Shown piece by piece: positions 1 through 15,244 of a stretch of DNA of 64,000 nt (positions within the stretch are counted from its first letter, which is position 1; every line of letters begins with the position of its first letter). Source of the stretch: the human T2T-CHM13v2.0 reference genome, Homo sapiens; NCBI RefSeq assembly GCF_009914755.1, contig NC_060940.1. One strand, 5' to 3'. The translations under genes were made by a program, and so were the position numbers. The notes under the pieces were generated by a model, which did not search any database, was not told the origin of the DNA, and worked only from the letters and a program-made list of their open reading frames with translations.

Positions 1-77
1 TCTGAACATGCCCCGGGACTGGGGACCTCACCATTGCCAAGACCACATCTGATTACCGGACCCTAAGCTTCAGAACA

Positions 78-540
78 AGGGTTCCCAAACTTCAGTCATT
101 TGTCTACCACCTTCTCGAGTACAGCTGAAAGATTTTCCTTCATAATTGTCCTTAACCCACTTTCTAACATAAATAAATGTATTTTAAAAAGAAATCTTTT
201 GGATCCCTGGGAATGGAAAATCAGCATCATTTGCCATAAATAGAAATTAATTGTGAAAACAAATACCCCCTGCCCCTAAAGTTCACAAATTCTGGTTCAA
301 GGCTGTTGCCTGCCATAGGAACTAAGCTGCAGACCTGCTCTAAGTTAAAGAGGGGAAACTAGAGTTAAAGAGGCACTAAACACCTTAGCCTCAGCTAAGA
401 CTCCCCCCTTGATGAAATCAGAAGAACTGAAAGAGAACTGAAAAGGGAATCGCTTTCCCACCAGTGATTTAATGTCATGTGATGACAGAGCTATCTAAAA
501 TCACCCCAGCATCATGAATCCCACTGTGCAGAAAACAGCA
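78..540. mobile_element. Ancient hAT-Charlie-like DNA transposon remnant
   Basis: Terminus-like aagggttcccaaactt. The internal motif aatggaaaatcagcatca(t/c)ttgcca is shared with about 3578 and a diverged copy near 16495. Confidence 0.45.
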
Positions 541-849
541 TTAAACAGGGATCTCTCTTCCACTGATTCCAGTTCTGTCTTCAGTGGTCTCCAACCACGA
601 AGTCAGTTCTCCACTTCTCTGAATGCCCCAAGAGGTGGGGCGTGTGTGTCACCATTTTCACAGGTGACTACCTGTCCATCAGTGTGTTCGCTGAGTACAC
701 AGAGCATGCGAGGCTCTTTGCAGGCACTGTGGGAGGACAGAAAGACATGGACCACAAGGTGGCGGCCCTCACAGAGAGCTAAAAAAAAACTGTCAGGTTG
801 GTTTCATGCCTCAAACCAGTGCCCCTTCTTTGTCCCCAACAAACCAAGC

Positions 850-1205
850 TCACCTCCCACCCCTCAGAGTAGTGGACCTTTGCATGTGCGTATCCCTCTT
901 TCTGGAATGTTCTTAGATCTTGGTGTAATTGACTTCTTCTCTTCATTCAGCCCCAACTCCTAAGTCAGCAGAGAAGCCTCCCCAACTTTTCTAGTCTACG
1001 TGATCTGCCTGCCTTCAGCTCTTGAAGCACTAAACATTATCTGCCATTTTCTTATGTATCGCTGTGCACTTCTTTTTTCTGTCTTGCTGTCTGGAATGGA
1101 AGCTCCCAGCGGGCAGGGATTTATGTCGGTCTCATCACTGCTCTGTCCCCGTGCCCAGCACAGTGCCTGGTCCACAGCAGATATTAAGTCATTATCAGTG
1201 GAGTG
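850..1205 (+). mobile_element. L2 3' end fragment
   Basis: ggacctttgcatgtgc...tctggaatgttct...gaagctcc...ggcaggga...cacagtgcctgg, typical of the L2 3' end. Confidence 0.7.
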
Positions 1206-1819
1206 AGGGATGCTGTTTTCAAGAGTGTTTTCCTCCCCACTCCAGGTCTCGCCAAGAAGCCTCAAGCCTTGAGATGACAATATAGCATTCTCTTCCCCTT
1301 GGCAGCCCCATGGCCTCCAGCTCTCTGACTCCTCTGAGGGCAGGGAGCATGAATAATTCCATGGCTCATGATCTGCTTGCAAACTGTGGTAAAAACACAA
1401 TGAGGATGCTTGGGGCAGGGGGAGCAGGGGCTTAGACCAGGCTCTGGAACACACCAAGGTGGGTGAGCCAGGCATTCGTTCCACAGCCCAGGGAGGGCCA
1501 GGAAGCTCAAGGTAAGGCCAGGTGTGGAGGGTCAAGTCCAAGGTGGGGCTTTAGCAGGATGGGACACTGGTTCTCTAGGAGCCCTAAGACCCCCTGAGGA
1601 AAAGGCAAAGTGGAGAGACTCGGGTTTCCCCAAAGAGGACTGCCAGGGCCGTAACACCCTCATACAGCAAACCAAAGCTCTCCTTGATTCACATCCTCCC
1701 AGGGTTGTACATGGACTCCCGCTGTGAGCAGCATGAAATACCACTAAAGCAAGGGGGAAATGGAAGAATTGAGGCATTGGAGATAGTCTCCACCAGAATA
1801 TTGTCTGCTTGGGTTCACT

Positions 1820-1925
1820 GCAATCCCCATTTTATAGATGAGAAAACGGAGGGGTAGCGAGGTTAGGTAGCTTGTCAAAGGTCACACCCCCAGTAAGTGG
1901 CAGAGCTGGGAGTGGAACACTCATA
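1820..1925 (-). mobile_element. MIR
   Basis: MIR core atccccattttatagatgagaaaac...aaggtcacac...gtaagtggcagagctggg. Confidence 0.75.
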
Positions 1926-2653
1926 CCCTTCACCACCGTCTTGCCTCAGGAAGCCCAGAGCTATAGAATAAAGGAAGACAGACACAGAAAACACAGCAAA
2001 GGCTTAGCCATGATCAATTTACAGCAATACCAGGGCTGCAGAAAAATCAGGCTGCAGGAAGTAGAAGGGCACACCATTGGGGCTTTACTCTAAACCAATT
2101 AAATCAGAACCTCTGGGGACAGCCCCCACCAATAGGTGCTAAAAGATGCCCAGTGATTCCAATAAACAGCAAGGTTTGCAAACCACTTCCCTTGGTCCTT
2201 AAATGAAAACATTCAAAGCACCAGCTGCCTCACGTTCCTGGTGAATTGAGGTCAAGTATAGCATATACACCAATATATGTATTTTATATATGTATATATT
2301 TATGTATTATTATATATTTACATGTGTATTCACAGGTGCCTCTCAGATTGCTTGGTTCCAGAGAGAGAACTAAATGCTTTTTTCACGATGCCTCCTGGGA
2401 AAAAGAACAGACTTATTTTCCCAACACCAAGACCCTGCTGCTAGAGTGGCAAATCCTGTCCCACTAACACACCAGTGATTGAAGAAAAGTCGTTGGTACA
2501 TCTTTATCTTTTGTTTCCTCCAACTGGCCCTGCCAGGGTGTCACAGGGTAACCTGGGGCAAGTGGCACCTGCTCACTGGGCCCACAGTTCCTCCGACAGA
2601 GACCAAGAGGACGGTCGGATTAAAGCTGCATTCCCTGAGCATCACTGCCTTAG

Positions 2654-3018
<365 letters not shown>

Positions 3019-3248
3019 TAGGAATTTTCTAAGGTATACTCTTGGGTGAAACCAAGAAGAAATTCATTCGAAGCCTGCACTCATGACAGCTGGAGGTGAT
3101 GAGTACATGATCCAGCAAATGGGACCTGGGTAGGCCCTCAGTGTCAATCACACCACTGTGATCATTTCTGTGGGTGCACCACCTGTTCTACTCACTATTC
3201 AACAGTTTTCCTTAAAACACATTAAGCTTAAATTGATTCATTTTTAAA

Positions 3249-3547
3249 ATATTTATTCTGTTTTGTTTTTTGTTTTTAAAACAGGGTCTCGCTCTGCTGC
3301 CCAGGCTGGAATGCAGTGGCATGATCACAGCTTGCTGCAGCCTTGACCTCCTGGGCTCAGGTGATCCTTTTGCCTCAGCCTCCTACAGGTGCATGCCACC
3401 ATACCTGGGTAATTTTTTTATTTTTTGTACAGATGGGGGTCTCCCTATGTTCCTTGAACTAGTCTTGAACTCCTGGGCTCAAGTGATCCTCTCACCTCAA
3501 CCTCCCAAAGTGCTGAGTTTACAGGCATGAGCCACCACACCCAGCCC
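3249..3547 (-). mobile_element. AluJ with 14-bp TSD
   Basis: TSD gattcatttttaaa at 3235-3248 and 3548-3561. Confidence 0.9.
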
Positions 3548-4151
3548 GATTCATTTTTAAACATGCATTACGCTGTAAATGGAAAATCAGCATCACTTGC
3601 CAAGGGACATTTAAGTAATACACTGAAATGAACACGAGCATAATACAGTCTTTAACATCGCCTGTATGCTACAGGAGTCATTTCCAAATGCCTGCGTGCA
3701 TGCAGACCCCACTCTGGGTGTGTCGATGATTAAGCCTCTCTCAGGCTCTGGTCTGGGAAGAATGTGACCCCATGTCACACTGGTATAAACGGATGCTGAT
3801 CATGCCACTCGGGCCTGATGTGGCTCCAGACAGAGCCAACTGCAGGAGGGAGAGGGAGCAGCCGCCCTGACCCTAGTGACTTCTCAGGGCTTCCAAACCC
3901 CCTGCCCTTGCAGCCTCCCCTTCAATGCTCACCCAAGCCTCCCTTCTCCCACTCCTCCCCTGGGTCTGCTGAGACACTGGGGATACATCGCGATGGTTAC
4001 CGGGGTGCCCTGGTGAACTATCAGATAGGAAGCGATGGTCCCTGTGCCTGCCAGCTCTTGCTGGGCTTAAACAAATACCATCAGAACTAATGGCAGAGGA
4101 GAAAACCTGACTTAACTTAGGGCTAGAAAGTGTCCCTGAAAAAATGGTGGC

Positions 4152-4768
<617 letters not shown>

Positions 4769-4903
4769 GGTATGAGTCTTAAAGGTCTTAAAGGATAAAG
4801 AATTAGCTGGACAGAAAGAGGAAGGCAATGTGGAAGAAGAAGAAGGGCGAGGGAAAGAGCAGGTAGAAGCAGTGGTGAGAGAGGATTAAGAGTTGCAGGA
4901 ACT

Positions 4904-5287
<384 letters not shown>

Positions 5288-5459
5288 TTAGACCAGTACG
5301 TCTCACCACCAACCACACTGGGGGCACCTTAAACCCCTGTGCCCTGGCCCCTGCCTCCAGAGATTCTGATATCATTACTTTCAGGTGGGGACAGGAAATC
5401 AGCATTCTATCCAGATTCCCCAGGAGATTCGGAAGGTCAGTCAGCCAAGGACCTCTGAG

Positions 5460-5810
5460 TCAGATCATGTAAGGCCTGGTTTTTGCTTAGGAGCAGTTGA
5501 AACTACTGAAGAATTTTAAGTGGGGCAGGGGAAGAGTGACTTGGTCAGCTTTGTGTCTCTATCAGATCCTTCTGGATACGTATGGGAAACGGACTGCAAG
5601 GCCATAGTGGCTGCAGGGATACAGGTCATGGAGCTTGTGCAATTGTCAAGGCAAAAGATGGCAGCGGTCTGGACCAAGATAGAAGCCACTGAGATGAAGA
5701 GAGGGGATGGATTCCAGAAGGACTGAAGGTTTGCATGAAGAGACAGAGGACTGCTCCAGGCTTCCACTGTAAGCCAGTGATGGGCGGTAGTGGTGTATAC
5801 TGAGAGGCCA
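5460..5810 (-). mobile_element. L2 fragment
   Basis: ggagcagttgaaactactgaagaattttaag...ggagattccaga-type reverse L2 sequence. Confidence 0.6.
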
Positions 5811-6101
5811 CCACTGTTGGCTCAAACACCAGCCTGGTCCACTGCTGTCAGCCTCTCCTGGGCTCTAGGCCCTGGGCTTTAGGGCTCATGACCATCCATC
5901 TGAATTTCAAGGCACTTTCCACATTAATAAGAGAGAGGACTCAAGGCTCCCTGGCCACATTTTACTCAAAACATCATATCACCTGATGATCTAAATATAT
6001 TCAAAAAAGTCAATGAGGGAGCAGGAGAAAGAGGGAATTTTTCATTTTTCTTCTGTACCCTAGACAGACAAGGGCAAAGACCCTTAAAAGATTTAGGTTG
6101 C

Positions 6102-6386
6102 AGCTGGGCACAGTGGTTCATGCCTGTAATCCCAGCACTTTGGGAGGCTGAGGAGGGAGGATCACTTGAGGCCAGGAATTCGAGAGCTGCCTGGGTGACA
6201 AAGCAAGACCCCAGTCTCTACAAAAAATTTAAAAATTAGCTGGGTGCACCTGTGGTCCCAGCTACTCAGGAGGCTGAGGACAGAGGATCACTTGAGCCCA
6301 GGTGTTCGCGGCTGCCGTGAGCTGTGACTGCACCACTACACTCCAGCCTGGGTGACCCAGCGAGATCCTGTCTCAAAAAAAAAAAA
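6102..6386 (+). mobile_element. AluJ
   Basis: TSD aaaagatttaggtt at about 6086 and 6383. Confidence 0.9.
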
Positions 6387-6974
6387 GATTTAGGTTTCTC
6401 TTGACCCTCCCACAGATGATCTTCCATCCACTGCTAGATAAATTCCATTACAGGGGCCGAGTCCATCTTTGTTCACTACCCGGCACATAGTAAGCGGCCA
6501 ATAAATATTAGAATGAACACGTGAGGAATAAATCAGGATAGATGACCTGTCACAGAACTCCCAAGTTCAGGTATTAAGGATTATCTCCAGAATAAATGTC
6601 ACAGCCTGGGAGTTAGTTTCCAAATAGCACCTCCTCGACCCTCCACATGTCTGTACACAGCCCACCTGTAGCACCCCGCAATCCAATTCTCTGATCCCAC
6701 TGGCATCTGCCTACTGTCTTCAGAATGCACCTGTCACCCCTCAGCAGACACCATGTTATTCATGCCACAGTTACTAAGCACTCATTCTGGGACGGATGAG
6801 GACCTCAAGGCTGGAAAACTGTGATGAGTTAGAGAAGCTCCCATCCCCATTCCAAAGACAAATGTCCACTATAAGACAACTGGGACCCCAAAGCATCTCC
6901 TCCATCAGTTCTATGAGAGAAACAGAACCCTCACTTCACAGTGAAAGGGAGTGGTCAGCATGGGTTTATTTTGG

Positions 6975-7279
<305 letters not shown>

Positions 7280-7818
7280 ACGGTTAACCCCCATGAACAG
7301 CATCCAGACTGGAAACACATTATGTTCATTGGCATCTGCAATGTGATGTTCCAAGGGGGATGCTCCATGTGGACTGGATGACACCTGCTCACACTGGTCA
7401 CCATTTCCTTGTCTCTGGATTTTCAAAACAGTCCCTAACTGGTCCATCCATGGAGTCTCTGACCCCCCACAGCCAAAGGCATCATCTCTCCCCATCCTCA
7501 CACCTGCACAACCTCCATTGCTTACCAAGCTCAGGGAAAATGAGGGCATTATTATTGAAGTCAGTAATTCCTGAAGATACTCTCTTGGTTACAGATAAGG
7601 CTTGAGATAAGATTGTATCCTTTCAATCCAGTTCCTTCCCTACCACCCCATCAGAGACAACCACATGGACCTACTCCGATGTCTCCTTCCAGACATTGTT
7701 CCTCGTATAAACATGTGAGGCCACAGAAAATACAACAAGAATTTCTGTTTATGTTTATATGAATAATACACTTTTCCACATATACTTCTCCTGGTTGTTC
7801 TTTTTTTAAACTCAGTAA

Positions 7819-8290
<472 letters not shown>

Positions 8291-8493
8291 TGAGCATCCT
8301 CACGCCTGCCTCCTTAGCCAGGTTCTTGGGGATGTGGAAGGGAAGCCCACTTCACACTGTGGCCCCCCCTCATCCCTCCCTGCTCCATCTCCCTCCCTTC
8401 ATACACTCAGCACTGAAGACAAACCATGCACCCACTGCTCCTCCAGCAGGGTCCCTGCTCGCAATCTCTGCCTTTTCTTTTTAAAAATTATAC

Positions 8494-8980
8494 ATTTTTT
8501 TTTTTGAGATGGAGTCTCGCTCTGTCACCCAGGCTGCAGTGCAATGGCACAATCTCGGCTCACTGCAAGCTCTGGGTTCACACCATTCTCCTGCCTCAGC
8601 CTCCCAAGTAGCTGGGACTACAGGTGTGTGCCACCATGCCGGCTAATTTTTTGTATTTTTAGTAGAGACAGGGTTTCACCATGTTAGCCAGGATGGTCTC
8701 GATCTCCTGACCTCACCATCCACCCACCTCAGCCTCCCAAAGTGCTGGGATTATAGGCGTGAGCCACCGTGCCCGGCCCATATATGTATTTCTCTTAATT
8801 TAAGAGATGGGTTTCACTCTGTCTCCCAGGCTGGAGTACGTGGAACAATCATAGCTCACTGCATCCTCAAAGTGGCAGCAGACTTGAAGTGGCAGCCTCG
8901 AAGCCCTGGGCTCAAGCAATCCTCCCGCCTCAGCCTCCTGAGTAGCTGGGAATACAGGTATGTGCCACCACATCCAGCTA
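8494..8980 (-). mobile_element. AluY-like element (8494-8779) plus an adjacent partial AluJ arm (8800-8980)
   Basis: cactgcaagctc and ttagccaggatggtctcgatctcctgacctc diagnostics; the second partial arm carries a small aagtggcagc repeat. Confidence 0.85.
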
Positions 8981-9090
8981 ACCTCTGCCTACTCTCTCAC
9001 TGTTCCTTGTTGCCTGAACTTTCTGAAACCATCACTGCTTGGGGAATTTGAAATATCCTCCCAAGCCCATCTCCAACACTACAGGCTTAA

Positions 9091-9451
<361 letters not shown>

Positions 9452-12400
9452 GGAGCTTGCATTCTTGGACTTGTCACCCCCATCGCTAGATGATAACCTC
9501 CTCTGAAGACAGGAAAATTCCCCACTGTATTGCCAAAGCCTGCAGCAGCTCACTGCACAGAGTTGCTTAATAATAACCCATCAAGATTAAAGTGAGGAAG
9601 CCAGCCTCTCCCTCAGCCTTCCTTTGGTTCAAGCAAACCACAAACAAATCAAGCCACTTCCATGTGCATCAATATATCATCTCTTCTGATCCACAGACAG
9701 CTGGCAAAGGTCATCAGAGTGGAATCATGACCCTCATTAAAGATGAAGGGACTCCCCTGGAAGCTAAGTTGCAGGTCTCGGTCTGAAGCTGAACATAGGG
9801 GCCTCTTTGCAAAAGAAGGGCTTGGTCTGGAAGCTCTCAGATATTTCAGGATGAGTCATGTTTCCAAAAAGTGTGACACGTCCATCCCAGGCCCTCTTAT
9901 AAAGCCATCTCCCCAAAAGCAGGCACTCTAGTACTCAGATTTTTGCCAAAAGCAAGGACCACTGTGCTTATTAACTAAATTCTTTGAGTATCTTAAAATG
10001 TTTTAAAGTTTACAGGATCAACTTTTGTTTCAACCCAAGCAGAAGTATCTGTGAAACCATGGGTTTGTGTGCTACTTACATTTTTTCCCCCAATACCAAT
10101 CAAGAAGAAGACATAATTATTCTTTTCTGTTTTTATGCCATGGGCCTTTGAGAATTATCTTGTGTGCCACCAGTGGTAACACATTTTGGAAAACATTCAT
10201 AAGATCAACAAAAAAACTTTGGTTCTTATTTATTCACTGCAAATTTCTTAAATTCATTGCATTTTGAGGAAAGACAGTTCAGAGAAGTTTGTGATCAGGT
10301 CATCAAAAGAGAAATCTTCAAAGTGCACGACTTTGCTATTGGGAAAAACTTGCTTGATCTTAAGACTATGAGCGGTCTGCACTGAGACGCTTGGCTTGTC
10401 TGTCTGTATATCCTGCATGGTGATGGCGATTTTGCATCCTAGATTTCTCAGGACAATCATGGTGTCAAATATCACCCTGGTGACCCCTCCCTCAGCTCTG
10501 GACCCAGAGTTCCAGGAAGCTTCTAGAAGCTGATGTCATCTAGCCTGTCCCTAAAGAGCAGGAACCGGAGAAGTCTCTTCTTCATCCTCAGTCCCTTTTA
10601 GATCAACAGAAGCCCAGCTTGCCAAGGAAGATGAGGGCCCCAGGAATTCAATTATTCACTTTAGCAGCTACTCATTAAGCACCGGAGATACTGCATGAAC
10701 AAAACCAACAGTGTCTCTGCACGGGAAGGAGGGAGGGACTCATTTGGCCAGTTCTCCTCCAGCCTCCTTCCTCCCTATATCCCGCCCCAAGATGGGCCAG
10801 CATTCCCAGGGTTCAACAGCTTTGCCCGGGAGCGACCCAGTGCTCAGTGGGAAGTGACCTACTGCCTGAGCGGAGCTCTTGCTCACCATTGTCCCATCAG
10901 CACGGGAGCACGGAAATCCAGCCTCCTGGACAGATGACACGTGCTATAAGGGTCCCAGGCCCTGGGGACCTGGGCCTGGAATCCCACTGAACTCCCCTCA
11001 GCTGTGGCCTAGATCTAGTCCTGGGTCGGCTGCCAAATTGCTGTGTGACCTGGGCAAGTCACTCCACCTCTCTGAGTGTCCCTAGCTGTCAGTGTCATAC
11101 TGGGACTTCTAAGGTCCTTATGCCCTGAAATTCTCCAATCTTAGCCCAGGGCTGTCCCGAATGCAGTGAGCTCTCACCCTTTCAGGCACCTGAAGGAGCA
11201 TGAGTACCTCTGGAGCCGTGCAGGACAGGTGCCCTCATCACCACCACCAGCCTCTGCTCAGGTGTCAGGTTACCAGCCCGGCACTCTCTCGCTGGGTGGC
11301 AGCTCTGCCTCTGATATTTTTAGACTCCCCCCTGGCCTGTCCCTAACAAGAGCCAGATGCATCTGATTCCTGCCACAGTGCTGCTGAAATTGCATTCTTT
11401 GGCTAACTTCTGCAGGGAGCCAGGCTTCACCACTCCTGGGGTGAGAAGGGGAGACTGCTCTGCCTGTCACCACCACACCAATCCCCATTCCTTCCCTGCA
11501 CATGCTGAGGCCATCGTCCAAGAGTCAGGCCTCCATCCCTTCTATGATGCCAACTGCCCTCTTCCTTCATTCCAGCTGCTGCTGCCAATCACCTGCCCTC
11601 CTGAGACACCCGGACACACACACACACCCCTCCTGCACAGGCATCCCGAGGCTGGCCTTTAACTCTCTCCTCTGGGAGAGATCTGCTCCCTTAATCCCAG
11701 TGCCTGGGCCCCACCCCACCTTTGGGTAAGTAACGTCACCGCCTCCCCTCTGGAACTCCCGTGGCTGGAGAGCCCTGCCCTGTCCCCACCTTAGCCCCTG
11801 TAGCCCGCGTCAGAGTCCCCACTTGGCCACAGAGCTGGGAAGCAGCCACATGTTGTCCCCCCCACCCCCCCACACACAATTATCTGACCCCCCCCTCCCG
11901 GCAAAAGGAGGGAGGCTGGACATCTGCTTCCCAAACAAACCTCGCCAAGCAGCCAGCAGTCCAGCGCCAGCCCATCTGGCCTGGAAGGACATTTATATAT
12001 TTTCATCTCGACAGACTTCCCTTCCTGGTCCCGTCTGGCGGAGTTTACTATGACAAAGAAGTGGCCTTTGCTGTGCCCTCACTGACCTGGAAGGCTGTAT
12101 AGCAGAGGCGAGGGCAGGAGAGTGTCACTCTATGCCTAGGGTGAAAAATGGGCTGGTTGATCCTCCCTGTTAATTACCTGTTGCGGGAAATTGGGGAGTC
12201 TGTGCACATATGCATGTGGTTTTAGCTCCTACTACGAAGATATTATGTGAGAGGCAGAGAAAAGATACTGAGGTGAAACATTCACTTCCGTTCCAGGAAG
12301 AAAGGATTTAAGTGCCATTACTGGGGTGAGGGTGGAGAAGCGGGGGCGGTTTGCTAAATGGATGTGCTCCATAGCCACAATAAAACGCCACCAAGCCCTT

Positions 12401-13267
12401 TTAGCCCCTCATTAGCTAGACCCTAATCTGGGGTGGTGCCAGCCAGAGCGGGTGCACCCCCTCCTCCAGCCCGAGGTGGGGCAGTGTCAGCCCCAAGCCT
12501 CACCCTCCTCACAGGGACGCTTCCGCCTGGCCCTGCCCTCACCCACTCAGCTGGTCGACTCCGTGGTTTCCAACACAAACACATTCTCTGGATTTCAGGC
12601 GCACCTCAATCTCTCCACTTGAGGGGCAGAGGAGGCTCCAGGCTATGTGGCCAGCCCTCTGCCTCCTACTCGACTCCCTGGCTCCCCATGGGATGGAGGT
12701 GGTGAGATCCAAAAACCCTCAGTGGGAAAACAGGTTCTGCACCTTCCTGCCACCTCCACGCCTCTCCCTGGGCTGTAGTCTTGGCATTTGCCAAGGCCCC
12801 CGTGGGCATCCACGCCCTGTTTTCCCCAGAAGGGTCTCCCCTCATTCCCTGCAAACCAGCAGGGCATCTCCAGGTGGAAAGAAGGGGAGGGCTTGGGAGG
12901 CAGATGGAGGTTCAAGGTCTAGTTCTTTGCATTTACCAGCTCAGTGGCCTTGAGCAAACCGACTTAGATCTCTAGCCTGTTTCCCCACTTGCAACAGGAG
13001 AGCGTGCTGGAAACAGCTCAGGGGTGAGGCTCCCAGGGAGAAACGGAGATGGAGGGCGAGCACCAGCCAACTGCAAACCTCCAGCAGCTCAGGTCGCCAT
13101 CCTTCCCCTTGTGTGACTCCTGGGAAACCAGGACCCCGTCCCTTCCTCGTCCTCTTTAAGCTTTCTTAACTGAAGGCCGAATTCCAGGAAGAGGTGCCCA
13201 GCAATAATGTGTCGGTTCTTAGATTTCTCTCTGATTCAGACTGGAGTGCAGAGGTGGCTAAAGGCGG

Positions 13268-13553
13268 CTTTTAAAAAATTTTTATGATAAAATATGCATA
13301 ACATCATAATCATCATTTTAACCGATGATAAGCATACAACTCAGTGGCATTAAATACCTTCACGATACTGTGTAACCATTGCCACTATGTATACCCAAAA
13401 CTTTTTCATCCTCCCCAAGAAAAACTCTGTCCCATTAAACAGTAACTCCCGGTTCCCAGGTACCCCCAGGCCCTGGCAACCATCATTCTACTTTCTGTCT
13501 ATAAAATTTGCCTATTCTAGGTGTCTCATAAAAGTGGAATCACACTGTATTTG
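13268..13553 (-). mobile_element. L1MB-type 3' end fragment
   Basis: tacaactcagtggcattaaataccttcac...tttgcctattctagg...gtggaatcacac. Confidence 0.8.
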
Positions 13554-13621
13554 AACTGGAGGCTTCTTAAGTCCCTCTCCAAGCCCCTTACTTAGACACA
13601 GCTGAATTATAAGATCAAGGT

Positions 13622-13622
<1 letters not shown>

Positions 13623-13652
<30 letters not shown>
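13623..13652. repeat. (CA)15 microsatellite
   Basis: Read directly. Confidence 0.95.
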
Positions 13653-13656
<4 letters not shown>

Positions 13657-13929
13657 CAAAGCTTGGGAGGGGCAGTGCTCCCTTCCCCAAAACTGAAGCT
13701 GGCCTGGAGGGAGAGCTTTGCCCTGTGGTGTCTTCGGAGTCCCCATGTCCAGCCCCACATCTTCACCTAAAAGACCTCCCTGGAGCGTGCTCAGATCTCT
13801 GGATTTGGGGAGGGCGTAGAATACACACTACGAGCTGCAGCCTCTCCTACCTCTGGAACACATGGGTGCGGTCTCGCCTCTTTAAAGCCCCCCAAGCCCT
13901 TCTAGAGTTGGCAGGGAGAGAGGTGTCAT

Positions 13930-14825
13930 CCCAGCAGCGCCTCCCGGCTCCTCCACCGTTCCTGACCCCCAAGAAGTCGCTCCTCGCCGCTCGGGGGCGC
14001 GACGGAGCAGCGGCGGGGGCCTAGAGGGGTACGCAGCCCAGGAGGACCCGCTGGCCCGGCCTGGCGCACCAGTCCTGCCCGCGAGGCGAGTCTGGGGACG
14101 CTGCCCGGGAATCCCTCACGCGACCTGGGGATCTCCCTGGACTCCAAGAGCCCCGGGTGTAAGTCCGGCGGGGCGAGGGGAGGCGCCCTGACTCCTCCCC
14201 AAACTTTTCCCGCCTGCTTCGGCTCAAAAGGCGTGGGAAGCTGTCCCGGGATGGCGAAGTGGAATTCTGGGGCCGGAGCGAGCGTGGCGCAGACCAGAGG
14301 TCGGCGGCATGGGTGGCACCTCGGCCCTCCCGTTACTGTCACCAATTCCGGGGGCTGCTCCCGGTCCAGTAAGTGGAGGGGTCGCGTCCCTGCTGCCCGG
14401 GCGTACACGATCCCGGGGCCCCCCCGATGTCGCCCCGCGCCCTGGGTGCGCCCACAACTCACCCGGCGCTGGCGGCTGCGCTGGCAGCTGGATCGACGGA
14501 CTGGCTGGGGGTGCGAGGCGAGGCCGCCGGGCTGTTTTGAAGCTCTGGGCTGGGACTGCGCGCCCTCCCTCCACCCTCTAGGCGGCGGGGCCCCTCCTTC
14601 CCCGATCCCGCCTCCCGGGCCGTGACGCCAGGAGCCGGGAGAGCCGAGTGGGAGGGGCCGCCGGCGAAAGGAGGGGGCCCTGGAGGGAAAGGCCGAGGCC
14701 GGGAGCGCCCTGGCGCCCCCGCACCACCGTTCCCGCCCGCCTCCCTGCGGCTCTGTGGCCAGCTTTGGGGCGGAGCCGGTGGCACGGGCCCGGGGGAAAA
14801 GGGAGAAAGGGAGGCTCCCGGGAGC
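13930..14825 (-). promoter_or_regulatory. EMP2: CpG-island promoter of EMP2
   Basis: Very high GC and CpG density against CpG-depleted flanks. Contains GC boxes (cccgcc near 14607 and 14732), a TGACG CRE half-site at 14623, and a TATA-like TTCAAAA on the minus strand at about 14535-14541. Confidence 0.9.
14463..14612 (-). other. EMP2: EMP2 non-coding exon 1 (5' UTR); TSS uncertain, about 14510-14612
   Basis: The minus strand reads GGCGGGATCGGGGAAGG...CCAGTCCGTCGATCCAGCTGCCAGCGCAGCCGCCAGCGCCGG|GTGAGT. This matches my recall of the EMP2 mRNA 5' end and ends in a canonical donor (14462-14457). Its position next to the TEKT5 3' end fits the known gene order. Confidence 0.85.
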
Positions 14826-15201
14826 AAGGGTCTTCCCTTCTCTGCAGGTTTCCACATCCCTCTCATTCTCTTTCCTCTCCTCTTCTCCCCTTTTCTTCCT
14901 CTTCCCTAAGGAGTTTTGGAATCCGGGCTCCCTGCTCTAGAACCCCTTCTCTGGCCTTTTATGAACTTCCTGAGCTCGTCCATAATCTCCCCTGTCTCAG
15001 TTTCCTCTTCTGGGAATGGGAGTGATTATAGGTCGGAAGGTGGTAATACGTCCACAATGTTTGGCTCATGGTACCTGCTCCATAGACGTCAGCCATTGTT
15101 ATTTTTATCATCTCACCTGGAGTCCTGGCCTTGGTGCGAGATGCCCAGCAACCAGTCTTCAGACTCTTCCAGGACCCCCCGTTCACTCCCCCCACCCGAC
15201 C

Positions 15202-15204
<3 letters not shown>

Positions 15205-15238
<34 letters not shown>
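15205..15238. repeat. (AC)17 microsatellite
   Basis: Read directly. Confidence 0.95.

Positions 15239-15244
<6 letters not shown>

Noticed and set aside
13926-14866. 309-aa and other long ORFs over the CpG island
   Set aside because: Stop-poor GC-rich promoter DNA giving Pro/Gly/Arg low-complexity translations with no family signature; they run across the EMP2 exon-1 donor.
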